Assembly: GCA_963737155.1 (NCBI GenBank)
Contig: CAVTRN010000002.1
Span: 1,984,001 to 2,048,000 of the forward strand
Origin: Nitrospirota bacterium
GTDB lineage: Bacteria; Nitrospirota; UBA9217
Reading direction: 5' to 3'
Length of the DNA: 64,000 nucleotides
The position numbers and the translations under genes are program-made. Position 1 is the stretch's first letter, and every line of letters starts with the position of its first letter. Shown here piece after piece: positions 23,163-32,953 of this stretch. The notes beneath the pieces are model-generated. The model saw nothing but the letters and a program-made list of their open reading frames with translations, was not told the DNA's origin and did not search any database.

Positions 23163-23953
23163 GGTTTATCTTGGACTCCTTGCATATCTATGAGTGTTGC
23201 GACGATGGACCCGATGGATACGATGCTCTTCATGAGCACCGGGATTTTCCGAGTATCATCGGTGAACCAGATGTAAATTTCTCCCTTGTTCATGAATACA
23301 CCTTCATATTTGGGGTGGGTCCTGACTTTGATGGTGTCGAACACGCCAGCCGGCGTGGTGATTTTTTCCTTGGCCAGGACTTGGACGTCAACTGCCCAAT
23401 TCTTTTCGCTATCGTGTACTTTAACGACAATTGTCTTACCGAGGGTCAAATCCGGAAGTGTACGCAAGTAATAAAGCGAGGAGAATGCATCCTCCTCGCG
23501 TGGCGGTATCGCGAATTGTTTTGGAGGATCTTGATTGACAATATCACGTACTATCCCGTTAGTCTGATCGAAAATTATCCTTCGCGAGCGGATCTTCTTT
23601 CCATGATGCTCCCGCAGGTCGAAGGACAGGCTGTAAAGCCTCTTGGCGTCAACGATGCTGACGATTTTATCTTGAACAGGAAAAACAAGGTTGAGCACGC
23701 CTACGGAATGGGTAGTCGAGACAAGAGTGTACGTCTGCCTGCCGTTTATCGTGTCTCCGGATTTCACTTCCATAATGGAAACGCCTGCATCTATGATCTT
23801 GGACCAACTAATGTTGTAGGTGAGTTTTTCACCCGGAGCAAACGCCTTTTTAATTTTGGAGACGGAATCATGCGTAGACTGAGTGGGGGCAGCCCATGAC
23901 GGTTGGCTTAAAAACAAAACCGCGCAAAGCACGAAAACAGCCCCTTGCCACAT
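23159..23953 (-). CDS. DUF3108-family exported protein
   Basis: Signal peptide; GEKLTYNISW, TPAGVFDTIKV, WFTDDTRKIPV. Confidence 0.8.
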   Translation of the reverse strand: MWQGAVFVLCAVLFLSQPSWAAPTQSTHDSVSKIKKAFAPGEKLTYNISWSKIIDAGVSIMEVKSGDTINGRQTYTLVSTTHSVGVLNLVFPVQDKIVSIVDAKRLYSLSFDLREHHGKKIRSRRIIFDQTNGIVRDIVNQDPPKQFAIPPREEDAFSSLYYLRTLPDLTLGKTIVVKVHDSEKNWAVDVQVLAKEKITTPAGVFDTIKVRTHPKYEGVFMNKGEIYIWFTDDTRKIPVLMKSIVSIGSIVATLIDMQGVQDKP

Positions 23954-24966
23954 TAAGCGATCGCCTTTTTTACTGCTTCAAAAACATCATCAACGGTAAT
24001 AGCATCCATGCACGCACGGCTCTCAATTGGGCAATGTTTGGCCTCACAATGAACACAGGAAAGCTCCTTGAATAATACCTGGTGACCTTTGCCCAAGGGA
24101 CCGGTACGATCCGGATCAGTTGATCCGAAAAGACCTACGACAGGCGTTTGAACGGCTGCCGCAAGATGCAGCGGGCCTGTATCGGAGCTTACGAGACAAG
24201 CGCAATGCGCCAAAAGAGCGGCGGACTCCGCAATAGAAAAAACTCCGGCTGCTGACAATGCCTTCTCTTTCATCATCTTCATGACACTGCCGACCAGTTC
24301 CTGGTCTTCCTTTCCGCCGATGAAGATAACTGCTGCGCCAAGTTCTCTGATCAACCGGTCACCGAGGGTCGAGAACCGTTCCGGGAACCAATTCCTCGCA
24401 GGTCGTGCCGCGCCGACGCTGCAGTTTAGTGCTATCAAAATCCTGTTTTTTTCGTGTTTTTCCCTTAACAAGAAAAGATCAACAGACCGTCTGGCTTCCT
24501 CATGAATTGACAGTTCGATGTTTTGAACAGCGTCGGCAATGCCGAGGGGTTTGAGCGTTTCCATGAAGTTTTCTGCGGCATGTAGACGGCGCCCACCGGG
24601 TCTGATTTTTTTTTGTTTTCGATAAACAAGACGTCGCTTTGCGCCGCTTAACTGCCGTAAAAGGAACGACCGTATTGAGGGCTGTAGGTCGATGAACAAG
24701 TCGTAGTGACACTTACGAAGCTGCAATCCAAATCTGAAAAAGTCTTTGAAACTTTTTTTGAGTTTCGCTTTATCGAATACGAGAACTTGATCTGCAATAG
24801 ACGTATCCTGAATAAGAGGTTTCAGTTCAGGTGAGACTACGACAGTAATATGCGCAGCGGGGAATTTATGCTTTAACGCCTTCAATGCCGGAAGCGTATG
24901 GAGGAGATCGCCGATTGCCCCTGGCTTGAAAAAAAGTACCCTCTGTATGTCCATTTTCCTGGGCAT
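23953..24966 (-). CDS. GT9-family LPS heptosyltransferase (WaaC/WaaF-like)
   Basis: GAIGDLLHTLP, SSDTGPLHLAAA, LFGSTDPDRTGP. Confidence 0.9.
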   Translation of the reverse strand: MPRKMDIQRVLFFKPGAIGDLLHTLPALKALKHKFPAAHITVVVSPELKPLIQDTSIADQVLVFDKAKLKKSFKDFFRFGLQLRKCHYDLFIDLQPSIRSFLLRQLSGAKRRLVYRKQKKIRPGGRRLHAAENFMETLKPLGIADAVQNIELSIHEEARRSVDLFLLREKHEKNRILIALNCSVGAARPARNWFPERFSTLGDRLIRELGAAVIFIGGKEDQELVGSVMKMMKEKALSAAGVFSIAESAALLAHCACLVSSDTGPLHLAAAVQTPVVGLFGSTDPDRTGPLGKGHQVLFKELSCVHCEAKHCPIESRACMDAITVDDVFEAVKKAIA

Positions 24967-25377
24967 TATATTCCAATGTACTTAATTTGTAAAGAAAATA
25001 TTCCTGAACAAAAATCTGGCAGGGAGCAGGTCAGCTTTGAGGAATAGCATAGAAATGATCCCAAACATGGTGTAAAAATAGGCTTATGAAACCGTCATAA
25101 ATGACGATGTCAGTGACTCAATTACCAATACATCCGCAGAAAACTCCCTACTTTTAGCCATGGGAGGAATACGGGCAAGCAATGATGATGATAATACCCG
25201 CGACTACCAGCAGGCAGTCGATAACTATCCGGTAACAGCAATATTATTGGAATCACAAGCTGAGATCTTTTGCGAAGCGTGTTCTCCCCCGACACTTTAT
25301 TTTTGTCTTTTTTCTTTTTCAACCTTGCTTAATTGTCTTTTCGAGCAGGCGGTCCCTTTTTTGAATTGACATTTTTC

Positions 25378-25405
25378 TTGACAATTTGTCTCGATTCTAT
25401 AATAT
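25378..25405 (+). promoter_or_regulatory. Candidate sigma70 promoter of tRNA-Leu
   Basis: TTGACA at 25378 and TATAAT/TAATAT at 25398-25405 upstream of the tRNA; spacing 14 or 16 nt. Confidence 0.5.
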
Positions 25406-25435
25406 TCATTATCGAATCCATTTATCTTTTCTTAA

Positions 25436-25521
25436 GCCGCTGTGGCGGAATTGGCAGACGCAAGAGACTTAAAATCTCTCGACGGGCAACTGTCGTACCG
25501 GTTCAATTCCGGTCAGCGGCA
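25436..25521 (+). tRNA. tRNA-Leu (anticodon TAA)
   Basis: Acceptor stem GCCGCTG/CAGCGGC, anticodon arm AGAGA-CTTAAAA-TCTCT, long variable arm, GGTTCAATTCC T-arm; followed by CTA, not CCA. Confidence 0.95.
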
Positions 25522-25759
25522 CTACAAAATCAACGGTTTATCCACTCTCATCCAATATGGATATGGATCTTCCTCAAACCCACACAATGTGGCGCGCAGG
25601 TTAGGCTCGGTGGTTTTATTCGGCGTCCTCAACCCTAGCTTGAAGACATCTGATTATAATCAGTCAAATATGAGCGAGCACTGGTAATCTTTTTATCTTT
25701 TTAATCTCCTTTGCACTTGGTGAGTGTGTTACATGATATAGATCCCAAGCTAACTGCAA

Positions 25760-26824
25760 GTCATGACCACCGGCGTAGCCGGTGGCTTGCTTAAGCCCCA
25801 TAGGGGCAGTGTTACTTGCACCCCTTAAGGGGTTATCTTCTTTTTCTGTCCATCGTGGTGCACTTGGCTGTTCCGATAGCCATTTGTAGGCGACAACCGG
25901 AACGGGGACGATTCTGACGATGATGTCCCCGCTGAATTTCAGAAAAAGGCGCACTTGAATAGTGAGTACGTTCCCTGCGGCCACGATCTCTATTAGGCTG
26001 ATTTTTAAGGTTGTAGTGGGTCTGAAGCCAAATAGACGCGTTCTTCGATAGAACCTCCAAGATTGAGGTAAAGGAAATATAGCATAAATTCACAAGAAAA
26101 GGACAAAATTGGCTTTTAAGGTAAGGTCAAAAACATCGAAAGCCTGTTTCCAACACCGAGGACACGGCCGCTATAATCGTCCCCGAAATCACCGATGCTA
26201 ACACCATTCGCGTCACGTGGTTTATTGCTGCTAATTGCTCTTGCTACGGGCACCCCTAGAAGGGGTCATGGACATCCCGATCATACTTATCCACAATTGC
26301 TTCGTTGATTTCCTGATCCTTGATATATTTCCGTATTTTCGCTTCATCCAGCCCCACCGTACTGACATAGTACCCGCGTGCCCAAAAACTATGACCTTTG
26401 AAATTCCGCTTGTGTTTGCTGTACCGTTCAAACACAATCATCGCGCTTTTTCCCTTTATATACCCCACAATGGTCGCTACTGCATACTTGGGCGGTATCG
26501 ACAGACACAAATGGATGTGGTCTATACAGGCTTTCCCTTCCAAAATGCCCACCCCTTTGTATTCGCACAACCGACGCACAGTATCGGGCCAACTTCCTGT
26601 CGAAGCCGTCCGTATATGACTTTTCTCCTGAGCTTCGGCACAAATACAATATGGTATTTACATTCATGGACTGTGTGTGCTAAACTTTCCTTCACCTGGT
26701 TGCTCCTTTCTTACGATGACCATCGGAACAGCGGTCTTATTGTAGGAAAGGAGCTTTTCTTTTTCAAATACTACAGCATAGCTTTTTCTATTCTCCCCGG
26801 CGAAGCCGGGGGTTTAGCTTTGGA
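25760..26824 (-). mobile_element. IS200/IS605-family element (tnpA only) with extra internal sequence
   Basis: Absent from higA copy 2; no target duplication; subterminal hairpins CCACCGGC-GTA-GCCGGTGG and CCCCGGC-GAA-GCCGGGG. Confidence 0.9.
26256..26695 (-). pseudogene. tnpA: IS200 Y1 HUH transposase TnpA with a +2 frameshift near 26580
   Basis: ECKYHIVFVPKLRRK, DHIHL (HUH), FWARGYYVSTVG, YIKDQ; GTG start with AAGGAG RBS. Confidence 0.9.
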
Positions 26825-27064
26825 ATTAAGCCAAAACTGCGCCTCCATGCCGAACAGTTTTTCTAAGCGAAGTGCGGTATCTGGGGTATACCCCGCTTTC
26901 CATGAATTAACTCATTAACACGGGGATATGAAACCCTGAGTTTATCTGCCAAATCACTCTGCGTTATCTTAAGTGGTTTGAGAAAATCTTCCAATAGCAT
27001 TTCGCCAGGATGCATCGGCGGACCATTTTTAGGTATGCGAATCATTTTTTACCTCCTTACTTAT

Positions 27065-27361
27065 TCAGTGGCAATCTGTAATTTCTACGTTTTCTGCACC
27101 ATCATCTGTCCAAACAAAACAAACCCGGAATTGATCGTTAATCCGTATGCTGTGTTGACCTTTTCTATCTTCCTTTAAGGGAGTCCAAATAGTTTCCTGG
27201 CGGAATTTTCAACGATTCTAAGGAAACGACACAACATTGAGCTGATCAAGTTTTCGCTGTGCCACTCGCCAGATTTGCTGCGAGCAGGCCTGACGCGTTT
27301 CTCTGGTATTTTTTCTGTCGAAAATATCTTCTGTGCCTTTGCATCGCAACGATTTTATCAC
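27065..27361 (-). pseudogene. higB: HigB (RelE-family) toxin, copy 1, frameshifted
   Basis: VIKSLRCKGTEDIFD...QQIWRVAQRKLDQLN, then a +2 insertion and TAG; distal GQHSIRINDQFRVCFVW retained. Confidence 0.88.
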
Positions 27362-27408
27362 CAGCCATCCCCTCTTTGGAACATCTTCTTATCATAATAT
27401 TTATAATG

Positions 27409-27420
27409 TATAACGTTATA
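27409..27420. promoter_or_regulatory. Palindrome TATAACGTTATA, candidate HigA operator in the higBA promoter spacer
   Basis: Perfect 12-bp palindrome between minus-strand TTGCTA and TATAAA, 17 nt apart. Confidence 0.6.
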
Positions 27421-28172
27421 TATAGCAATATAAATCTCTGAATCGGAAATCTTTAGCGCTCAGGGCCACCTAATATTAAGATATTCATAATAGTAATATT
27501 TTCATTCCCTATCTTAAGATTAACAAGAGTAATTTGAAATATGCAGAGACAGTTATATCCGAAGATCAACTGATAAAGGACGGTTTATGCACTGAATGAT
27601 TTCCGGGTAGACCTACAAAAAGAATAGATTTATGAAACTCGATACCACTTGTTTCATTGCGAAGTTTTTTAACAGCAGATAAAAAATTATTTATCTTATT
27701 TAAATAATCATGATCATAGATGTCCTGAACTTTGTCAGTTAGCTCTTATTGGTCCGAATCATTATTTTTTACGATATTTCTCCAAAACCCATTTTCATCT
27801 GCAGAGCAACAGAGCTTAATGCCAACCGCGATCTGTCGTATTTGACGGTTCTGTTAAATACGACAGGTTCTCTTGACGGCTTTATCTTGGCCTCTGCATC
27901 TCACTTTCCCTCTTAATTCAAAAGATTCAATGTTCTTCTCTTCACCATAGCCGAAGTTTATTTCTGGCATGTTATTTGTGTTATTCCTGAGGAGTAAGAC
28001 CATTATTATTGCAGATTGTTGGTTTTCAAAATTTATTTTAATGAAGAGAAATGACTCACATGTAGCAGATAGCCTGTGGGCTGGTGTTAGCGTTGGAGCG
28101 GACACATGATGCAGGTAAGGCTGGGGAATTCTATCTCAAATCTGTGTTGTTGTTTTACGGACTTAAGTAGCA

Positions 28173-28200
28173 TTGACATTGTGTAAATAGAAGGTACTCT
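28173..28200 (+). promoter_or_regulatory. Candidate sigma70 promoter
   Basis: TTGACA-N16-TACTCT upstream of ORF 28301. Confidence 0.45.
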
Positions 28201-28300
28201 TAATCAAACTTTTAATTAATAAAAAAATGTGAGCAACGCAATCTTCGTGTAATGATAGAAACAGGAGACGATAAAATGCCGGCCGTGAAGGAGGTCGAAA

Positions 28301-28855
28301 ATGCTACCCAATTTGTTTAATCAACATGGAGTCAGAGATTATTCGGTATGGCAGCGCGGCTACGATGACCATCTACCAAAACGGATCGAGGCAGGGCTCA
28401 CTGAGACGCATCTGTTTCGCGATAAAATTGGTACAATTAAGGTGCTTATACTGTTTGCGGCAGGAGGCCTCGTACGCAATTATTTAGCAACGTTCTTTTT
28501 CGTAATATTCTACACTTCTTCTTTCGCGGCAGCAACTGAACTGAACATGCAGTCTGATAATATTAGTCAGACTATGCACTCAACAAATGATTCGCAAATA
28601 TATTTATCTCCAGGGTATAACATTTATGGAATCATTGGAGATTTCAAAAACTACAAGAGCGAGGCCACTGCTTTGGAAGGTAAAGATGTGCCTATCGGTT
28701 CGATAAAGGATTTCATTGAAAAAGTTGCTTTTATTGCACTGCTCAAAGACGGCGATAAGGTTATATGGAGCCTTGCTCCAGTGCTTAATCGGTTCACTCT
28801 CCATCCTAGAGACGATATCAAGAATCTCCAAGTAGTGTTGAGGTACAGGTTCTAG
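28301..28855 (+). CDS. Hypothetical protein, possibly chimeric
   Basis: 184-aa ORF with AAGGAGG RBS; internal signal-like stretch; ends VVLRYRF. Confidence 0.5.
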   Translation: MLPNLFNQHGVRDYSVWQRGYDDHLPKRIEAGLTETHLFRDKIGTIKVLILFAAGGLVRNYLATFFFVIFYTSSFAAATELNMQSDNISQTMHSTNDSQIYLSPGYNIYGIIGDFKNYKSEATALEGKDVPIGSIKDFIEKVAFIALLKDGDKVIWSLAPVLNRFTLHPRDDIKNLQVVLRYRF

Positions 28856-29047
28856 AAAAGAATCTCATCTGCTTCTCTTTTTCGGATTATTACGGAGGAT
28901 AGACGGCGTATTTTGGTATTCCCGACTGGCAATTTCTTGATGTATACTGCAATTTCAGCAAGACGAAATAGTCGCATAATTCAGGAATGCGATTGTAATT
29001 TCAAAAAAGATTGACTCTTTGTGACTCCGATCAAGCGAAGTGCCTAG

Positions 29048-29731
29048 TTAATTAAACGTTTGCAGATCTATATCACTGGCTCGTCTATTATAAACTTTCT
29101 TGACAATCGCTGGAACACCTGCAACAAGGGTTTTTTCTTTCACATCCCTGATAACGACTGCTCCGGCCGCGACCACAGCGCCTTTACCAATAACGAGTTC
29201 TTCTATTACGTTTGCGCCAAGCCCAATTATCGCATTGTCAAATATCTTAACGTGGCCGGCAATATTGCATCCTGGATTCAATCGCACGTAGTCATGTAGG
29301 ATTGTGTCGTGTCCCACGGTTACTCCGTGGTTGATGAATACGTGGTCCTTGATAAAACATCCCGGGCTAATAACACTATTGGCGCCAATAAAGACACCTT
29401 GTCCAATCTTTGCAAAGGGAGAAACATATGCTGTCGGATGAATTAGTTGCGCGAATTGCAGCTGATAATTTCTTTTAAGGAACTCTACAAGAACGGACTT
29501 TCTTGATGTGGTTGGCACAACGGAATACTCTTCACCTTTCTGAGGACTAAACTCCTCCAAGGGCATGATCAGTGGTCGCTCACGGAACTCACTGAGCCGT
29601 GTTTCAAAGTCCTTTGTGCGCTCACGCTTCAGTTCCGGCGCGTTTAGAACAATTTTTGTGATTTTCTTATTCTGCAAGTGTACACACTCGTATATGTCAC
29701 TAAGCATGTTGGAAACACCGAATAATATCAT
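29048..29731 (-). CDS. NeuD/PglD-type sugar acetyltransferase (hexapeptide repeat)
   Basis: LIHPTAYVS...IGQGVFIG, VGHD, VAAGAVV, VAGVPA. Confidence 0.88.
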   Translation of the reverse strand: MILFGVSNMLSDIYECVHLQNKKITKIVLNAPELKRERTKDFETRLSEFRERPLIMPLEEFSPQKGEEYSVVPTTSRKSVLVEFLKRNYQLQFAQLIHPTAYVSPFAKIGQGVFIGANSVISPGCFIKDHVFINHGVTVGHDTILHDYVRLNPGCNIAGHVKIFDNAIIGLGANVIEELVIGKGAVVAAGAVVIRDVKEKTLVAGVPAIVKKVYNRRASDIDLQTFN

Positions 29732-30525
29732 GCAATCCTCCAGCTTAGATATTTTCCTATTTTCATCTTCAGCAATTATAGCTCGTTAAGTAAAAATATC
29801 TTATATTTATAGGGTCTCATATGTCGAGTACAAGTTGTAATAACTTTAACAGCTTCAAGTCGGATCTCGCAACATATTGCGAAATCCCACCTTCGCGATA
29901 GCCCAAACCTGCCACCCGTAAGAGGGCTACAGATTTAGGGATTTCTCAACGGTGCCGTTTGGCGATAGTTTTGGTTTGCTGGACATCATGATAATTGACT
30001 CCCTCATCAAGGGCGGTCATCTCCCCGAGTTTTCGGGTCAGATCAAGAATTTGGATGGCGGCTGGTGAATCCCTGTTTATTTCACTCCCTGCTGAATAAA
30101 GTGCCACCATCTACCGGGAATTTACAATGAATGTCAACAATTCAGATGTTGTATTTAAGAGTAACTAAATGAACTCTCCGGTTCCCAAATTTACTGTAAC
30201 TCTCAATTGTTTCAACAAGCCGTATATAACCTTATTCCTTTCTTGCAGTTGTCATTTTAGATAAAATTGGGAAACCCCTTAGCTCAAGGAACCCCTCTAT
30301 CTAGAATCGTATCCCAGATAGACCCACTCGGGCATGGGAGCCTAGATTTACACTGCGTCTCACTACATGAAAACCGTGCGCCGTCAGGATCCAAGTCATC
30401 AGAAACTAAGGCGGAACCACTTTATCGTGAGCGGGGCTATGCCCCCGCCCACGAAGTCGAGTACTGCGAATTGAACGGTATGAGCTTACATACTCTTTTA
30501 TTGTTGTTCAATGTAGTAAGACACA

Positions 30526-30693
30526 TTAATATCTGTAAATCATTTGCCCAGGTCTTCGTCCCTGGATAATGCTGATCAGAATCATAACAATTGCGAGCAC
30601 AAGCAAAATATGGATGAACCCTCCCATTGTGTAACTGCTCACCAGCCCGAGTGCCCACAGAACCAGCAGTACCACAGCAATTGTCCACAACAT
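30526..30693 (-). CDS. lmo0937-family small membrane protein (55 aa; below the ORF-track cutoff)
   Basis: MLWTIAVVLLVLWALGLVSSYTMGGFIHILLVLAIVMILISIIQGRRP; AAGGAGGAG RBS. Confidence 0.88.
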   Translation of the reverse strand: MLWTIAVVLLVLWALGLVSSYTMGGFIHILLVLAIVMILISIIQGRRPGQMIYRY

Positions 30694-30770
30694 TGCTCCT
30701 CCTTACGGATTGCTCTGGCCCGTTGCTCAAGCCCGCATCGATCCAGCAATCTATGTGTATCTGAACTCAA

Positions 30771-31526
30771 TTATTCGACGGTCATCTGGTTTTTTACGCT
30801 CTTCACGCCCTTTACATCCTTGACGAGTTTGGCCGCTAGGTCTTTTTCGGACGCGTTCCTAGCCTTGCCGCTCAAGGTGACTACGCCCCGCTTCGTCGTG
30901 ACCGTGGTGTGTAAAGCGCTGGTCGAGCGATGATTTAGCAGTGTCATCTTGGCCAGAGCGGTGATGGAAGCATCGTCGATCTTTCCACCAATTGTTTGGG
31001 GTGTCTTTTTCGAGGCCTTAGACACAGTCATCTCATTATTGACGTCTTTGACCCCTTCAACATCCTTGGCGTATTCAGCTGTCAGATCCTTTTGCGCCTG
31101 GCTCGTTGCGTTGCCCTGCAGCGTAACGATTCCATCTTTGGTGGTAACTTCCGTCATGGCGCTCACACTCCGGTGAAACAGGAGCATTGTTTTCACTTTC
31201 ATACTAATCCACGCATCCGAGTTTTCGGCAGGTGGCATACCTTTTACTTCAAGGCTATTGTCAACGCTTTTGACTCCGGGCAGGCTTGCCACGGTCTCTT
31301 GGGCCAATGATTTATGGGACTCTTCTGAGACGGTTCCCGTCAAGGTGACAGCGCCATTTTTGGATTCTATTTTAATATCATCGTCCTTGAGATAGGTCTT
31401 GAATACATACGACTTTTTGGCTGATGATTCGATGCGGTCATCCGTCTTGGTCGCGTACGCAGGCACACCAAGCGCCAGCACAACCACAACTGCCGCCATT
31501 AGTGATTTAAAACATATTGCTTTCAT
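30771..31526 (-). CDS. Exported triple-BON-domain (OsmY-like) protein
   Basis: Signal peptide; three repeats of GxVTLxG...GVKxVxNxL/M. Confidence 0.9.
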   Translation of the reverse strand: MKAICFKSLMAAVVVVLALGVPAYATKTDDRIESSAKKSYVFKTYLKDDDIKIESKNGAVTLTGTVSEESHKSLAQETVASLPGVKSVDNSLEVKGMPPAENSDAWISMKVKTMLLFHRSVSAMTEVTTKDGIVTLQGNATSQAQKDLTAEYAKDVEGVKDVNNEMTVSKASKKTPQTIGGKIDDASITALAKMTLLNHRSTSALHTTVTTKRGVVTLSGKARNASEKDLAAKLVKDVKGVKSVKNQMTVE

Positions 31527-31673
31527 AGTACGTTCTCCTTTTATTGATGTTACTGTTTTTATTGAATACGTTCACTCTGACGACCTCATGCCTTTCGGAG
31601 TCCTCGTTGTGGTGTATCACTGCACCAACAATCGAACCCAAAGGACACGCCGATGCCTGATACACCAGTCTCA

Positions 31674-31853
31674 CTATTTTTCTAGAACCCTCTTGACTTG
31701 ACCGATCTTTTTCTGCACCTTACCGACCATCTTTTCGCCTTTTCCTTCTACCTCCAACCTGGGATTATCGGTGATTCTCCCGGCAATTTCCTTGACCTTG
31801 CCGTGAACCTCGTGATAGGCGCCTTTCGCTTGGTCCTTCATGCTGGATTTCAT
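31674..31853 (-). CDS. csbD: CsbD-family general stress protein (59 aa)
   Basis: MKSSMKDQAKGAYHEVHGKVKEIAGRITDNPRLEVEGKGEKMVGKVQKKIG; AGGAGG RBS. Confidence 0.88.
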   Translation of the reverse strand: MKSSMKDQAKGAYHEVHGKVKEIAGRITDNPRLEVEGKGEKMVGKVQKKIGQVKRVLEK

Positions 31854-31906
31854 AACATTCCTCCTTTAATTTCAACGTCTTTGTTCTTGAGATGTCGTGC
31901 TTTCTT

Positions 31907-32953
31907 CTACAGCATATCCGCCAATTCGATCTGTCTGGAACTCGTTGTGTTGCGAAGTTTCCAGATCGCCTGGTTCTCAATCTGGCGGATCCGTTCGCGG
32001 GTGAGGCCAAATTGCCTGCCGATGCTGTCCAGTGTATGCGGATCCTGGGTGTTCAGACCGTAGCGCATCTCAATGATGCTTCGTTCCATGGACGGCAATT
32101 CACTGATCCATCCTCCGATATACTTGCTCCGGCTCTGCTCCTCGCTTGCGGAGGATGGCGCTGGCATATTGTCGTCTCTCAATAAGTCCTTCAGGGTGTC
32201 TTCGCTATCACTGTTGATCAACATATCAAGGGAGTAGGTCTCCCGGGCCAACTGGGCGACAGCCCTCACGCGCTGGACGCTCACGCGCATCTTTTCGGCT
32301 ATTTCCTCGTGAGACGGATCGCGGCCGAGAATCTGCGTCAGTTTCCTGACCGTGCGGGTATAAAAATTCACCAGCGCCAACACGTGGACCGGCAGGCGAA
32401 TTATCCTCACTTGGTTGGAGATCGCCCGTTCAATGGACTGTCTAATCCACCACGACGCGTAAGTGCTGAACTTGAAGCCCAGCTGATATTCAAACTTATC
32501 GACCGCCCGGATGAGTCCGAGGTTTCCCTCCTGGATGATGTCGGAAAAGGTAAGACCGCGATTGATGAACCGCTTGCCGATGGCCACCACGAGCCGCAGA
32601 TTGGATTCGATCATCCTGGAGCGCGCCTCCGGGTCACCGTCGGCAACGCGCTTGGCCAGTGCCTGTTCCTCCGCAAAGTTGAGGAGCGGTGATTTCCGGA
32701 TCTCAATAAGATACATCTTGATCGTATCGAGATCGCTTGATGCGACTCCGTGGGCAAGTTTGGCGCCGACGGGCACAGCCTCTTCACGGCCTTCGTCGGC
32801 AACAACGACTTCCCCGTACTCGCCCCCTTTACCCCAAGGGTCGTCGATAAATTGTTCTTGCAGTTGTTCTTCCTCAAATGCCGTAAATGTCTTGGTCGTC
32901 ACTCTGCCTCCAAAATTTGTATTCTCTAGACGATGGTTGCCGGCTTTTGCCAA
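31907..32953 (-). CDS. Group 2 sigma70-family factor (RpoS-like)
   Basis: MIESNLRLVV, DIIQEGNLGLIRAVDKF, FSTYASWWIRQ, LTRERIRQIE; no region 1.1; start may be the GTG at 32902. Confidence 0.9.
   Translation of the reverse strand: MAKAGNHRLENTNFGGRVTTKTFTAFEEEQLQEQFIDDPWGKGGEYGEVVVADEGREEAVPVGAKLAHGVASSDLDTIKMYLIEIRKSPLLNFAEEQALAKRVADGDPEARSRMIESNLRLVVAIGKRFINRGLTFSDIIQEGNLGLIRAVDKFEYQLGFKFSTYASWWIRQSIERAISNQVRIIRLPVHVLALVNFYTRTVRKLTQILGRDPSHEEIAEKMRVSVQRVRAVAQLARETYSLDMLINSDSEDTLKDLLRDDNMPAPSSASEEQSRSKYIGGWISELPSMERSIIEMRYGLNTQDPHTLDSIGRQFGLTRERIRQIENQAIWKLRNTTSSRQIELADML

Larger units (their letters stand above)
25664..27045 (-). pseudogene. higA: HigA antitoxin, frameshifted and IS200-interrupted
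   Basis: HPGEMLLEDFLKPL; 1-nt deletion near 26885 relative to copy 2; tail LQLAWDLY resumes at 25759. Confidence 0.9.
25642..27600. repeat. higBA cassette copy 1 (direct repeat with 36105-38119, ignoring IS inserts)
   Basis: Both copies start GAAGACATCTGATTATAATCAGTCAAATATGAGCG and end near GAAGATCAACTGATA...GGTTTATGC. Confidence 0.92.

Noticed and set aside
23102-23899. 265-aa plus-strand ORF
   Set aside because: Antisense to the DUF3108 gene.
25442-25687. ORFs overlapping the tRNA
   Set aside because: Translations of tRNA-Leu sequence.
30427-30452. GC-rich hairpin downstream of the lmo0937-family gene
   Set aside because: No U-tract on the minus strand, so it cannot be called a terminator.
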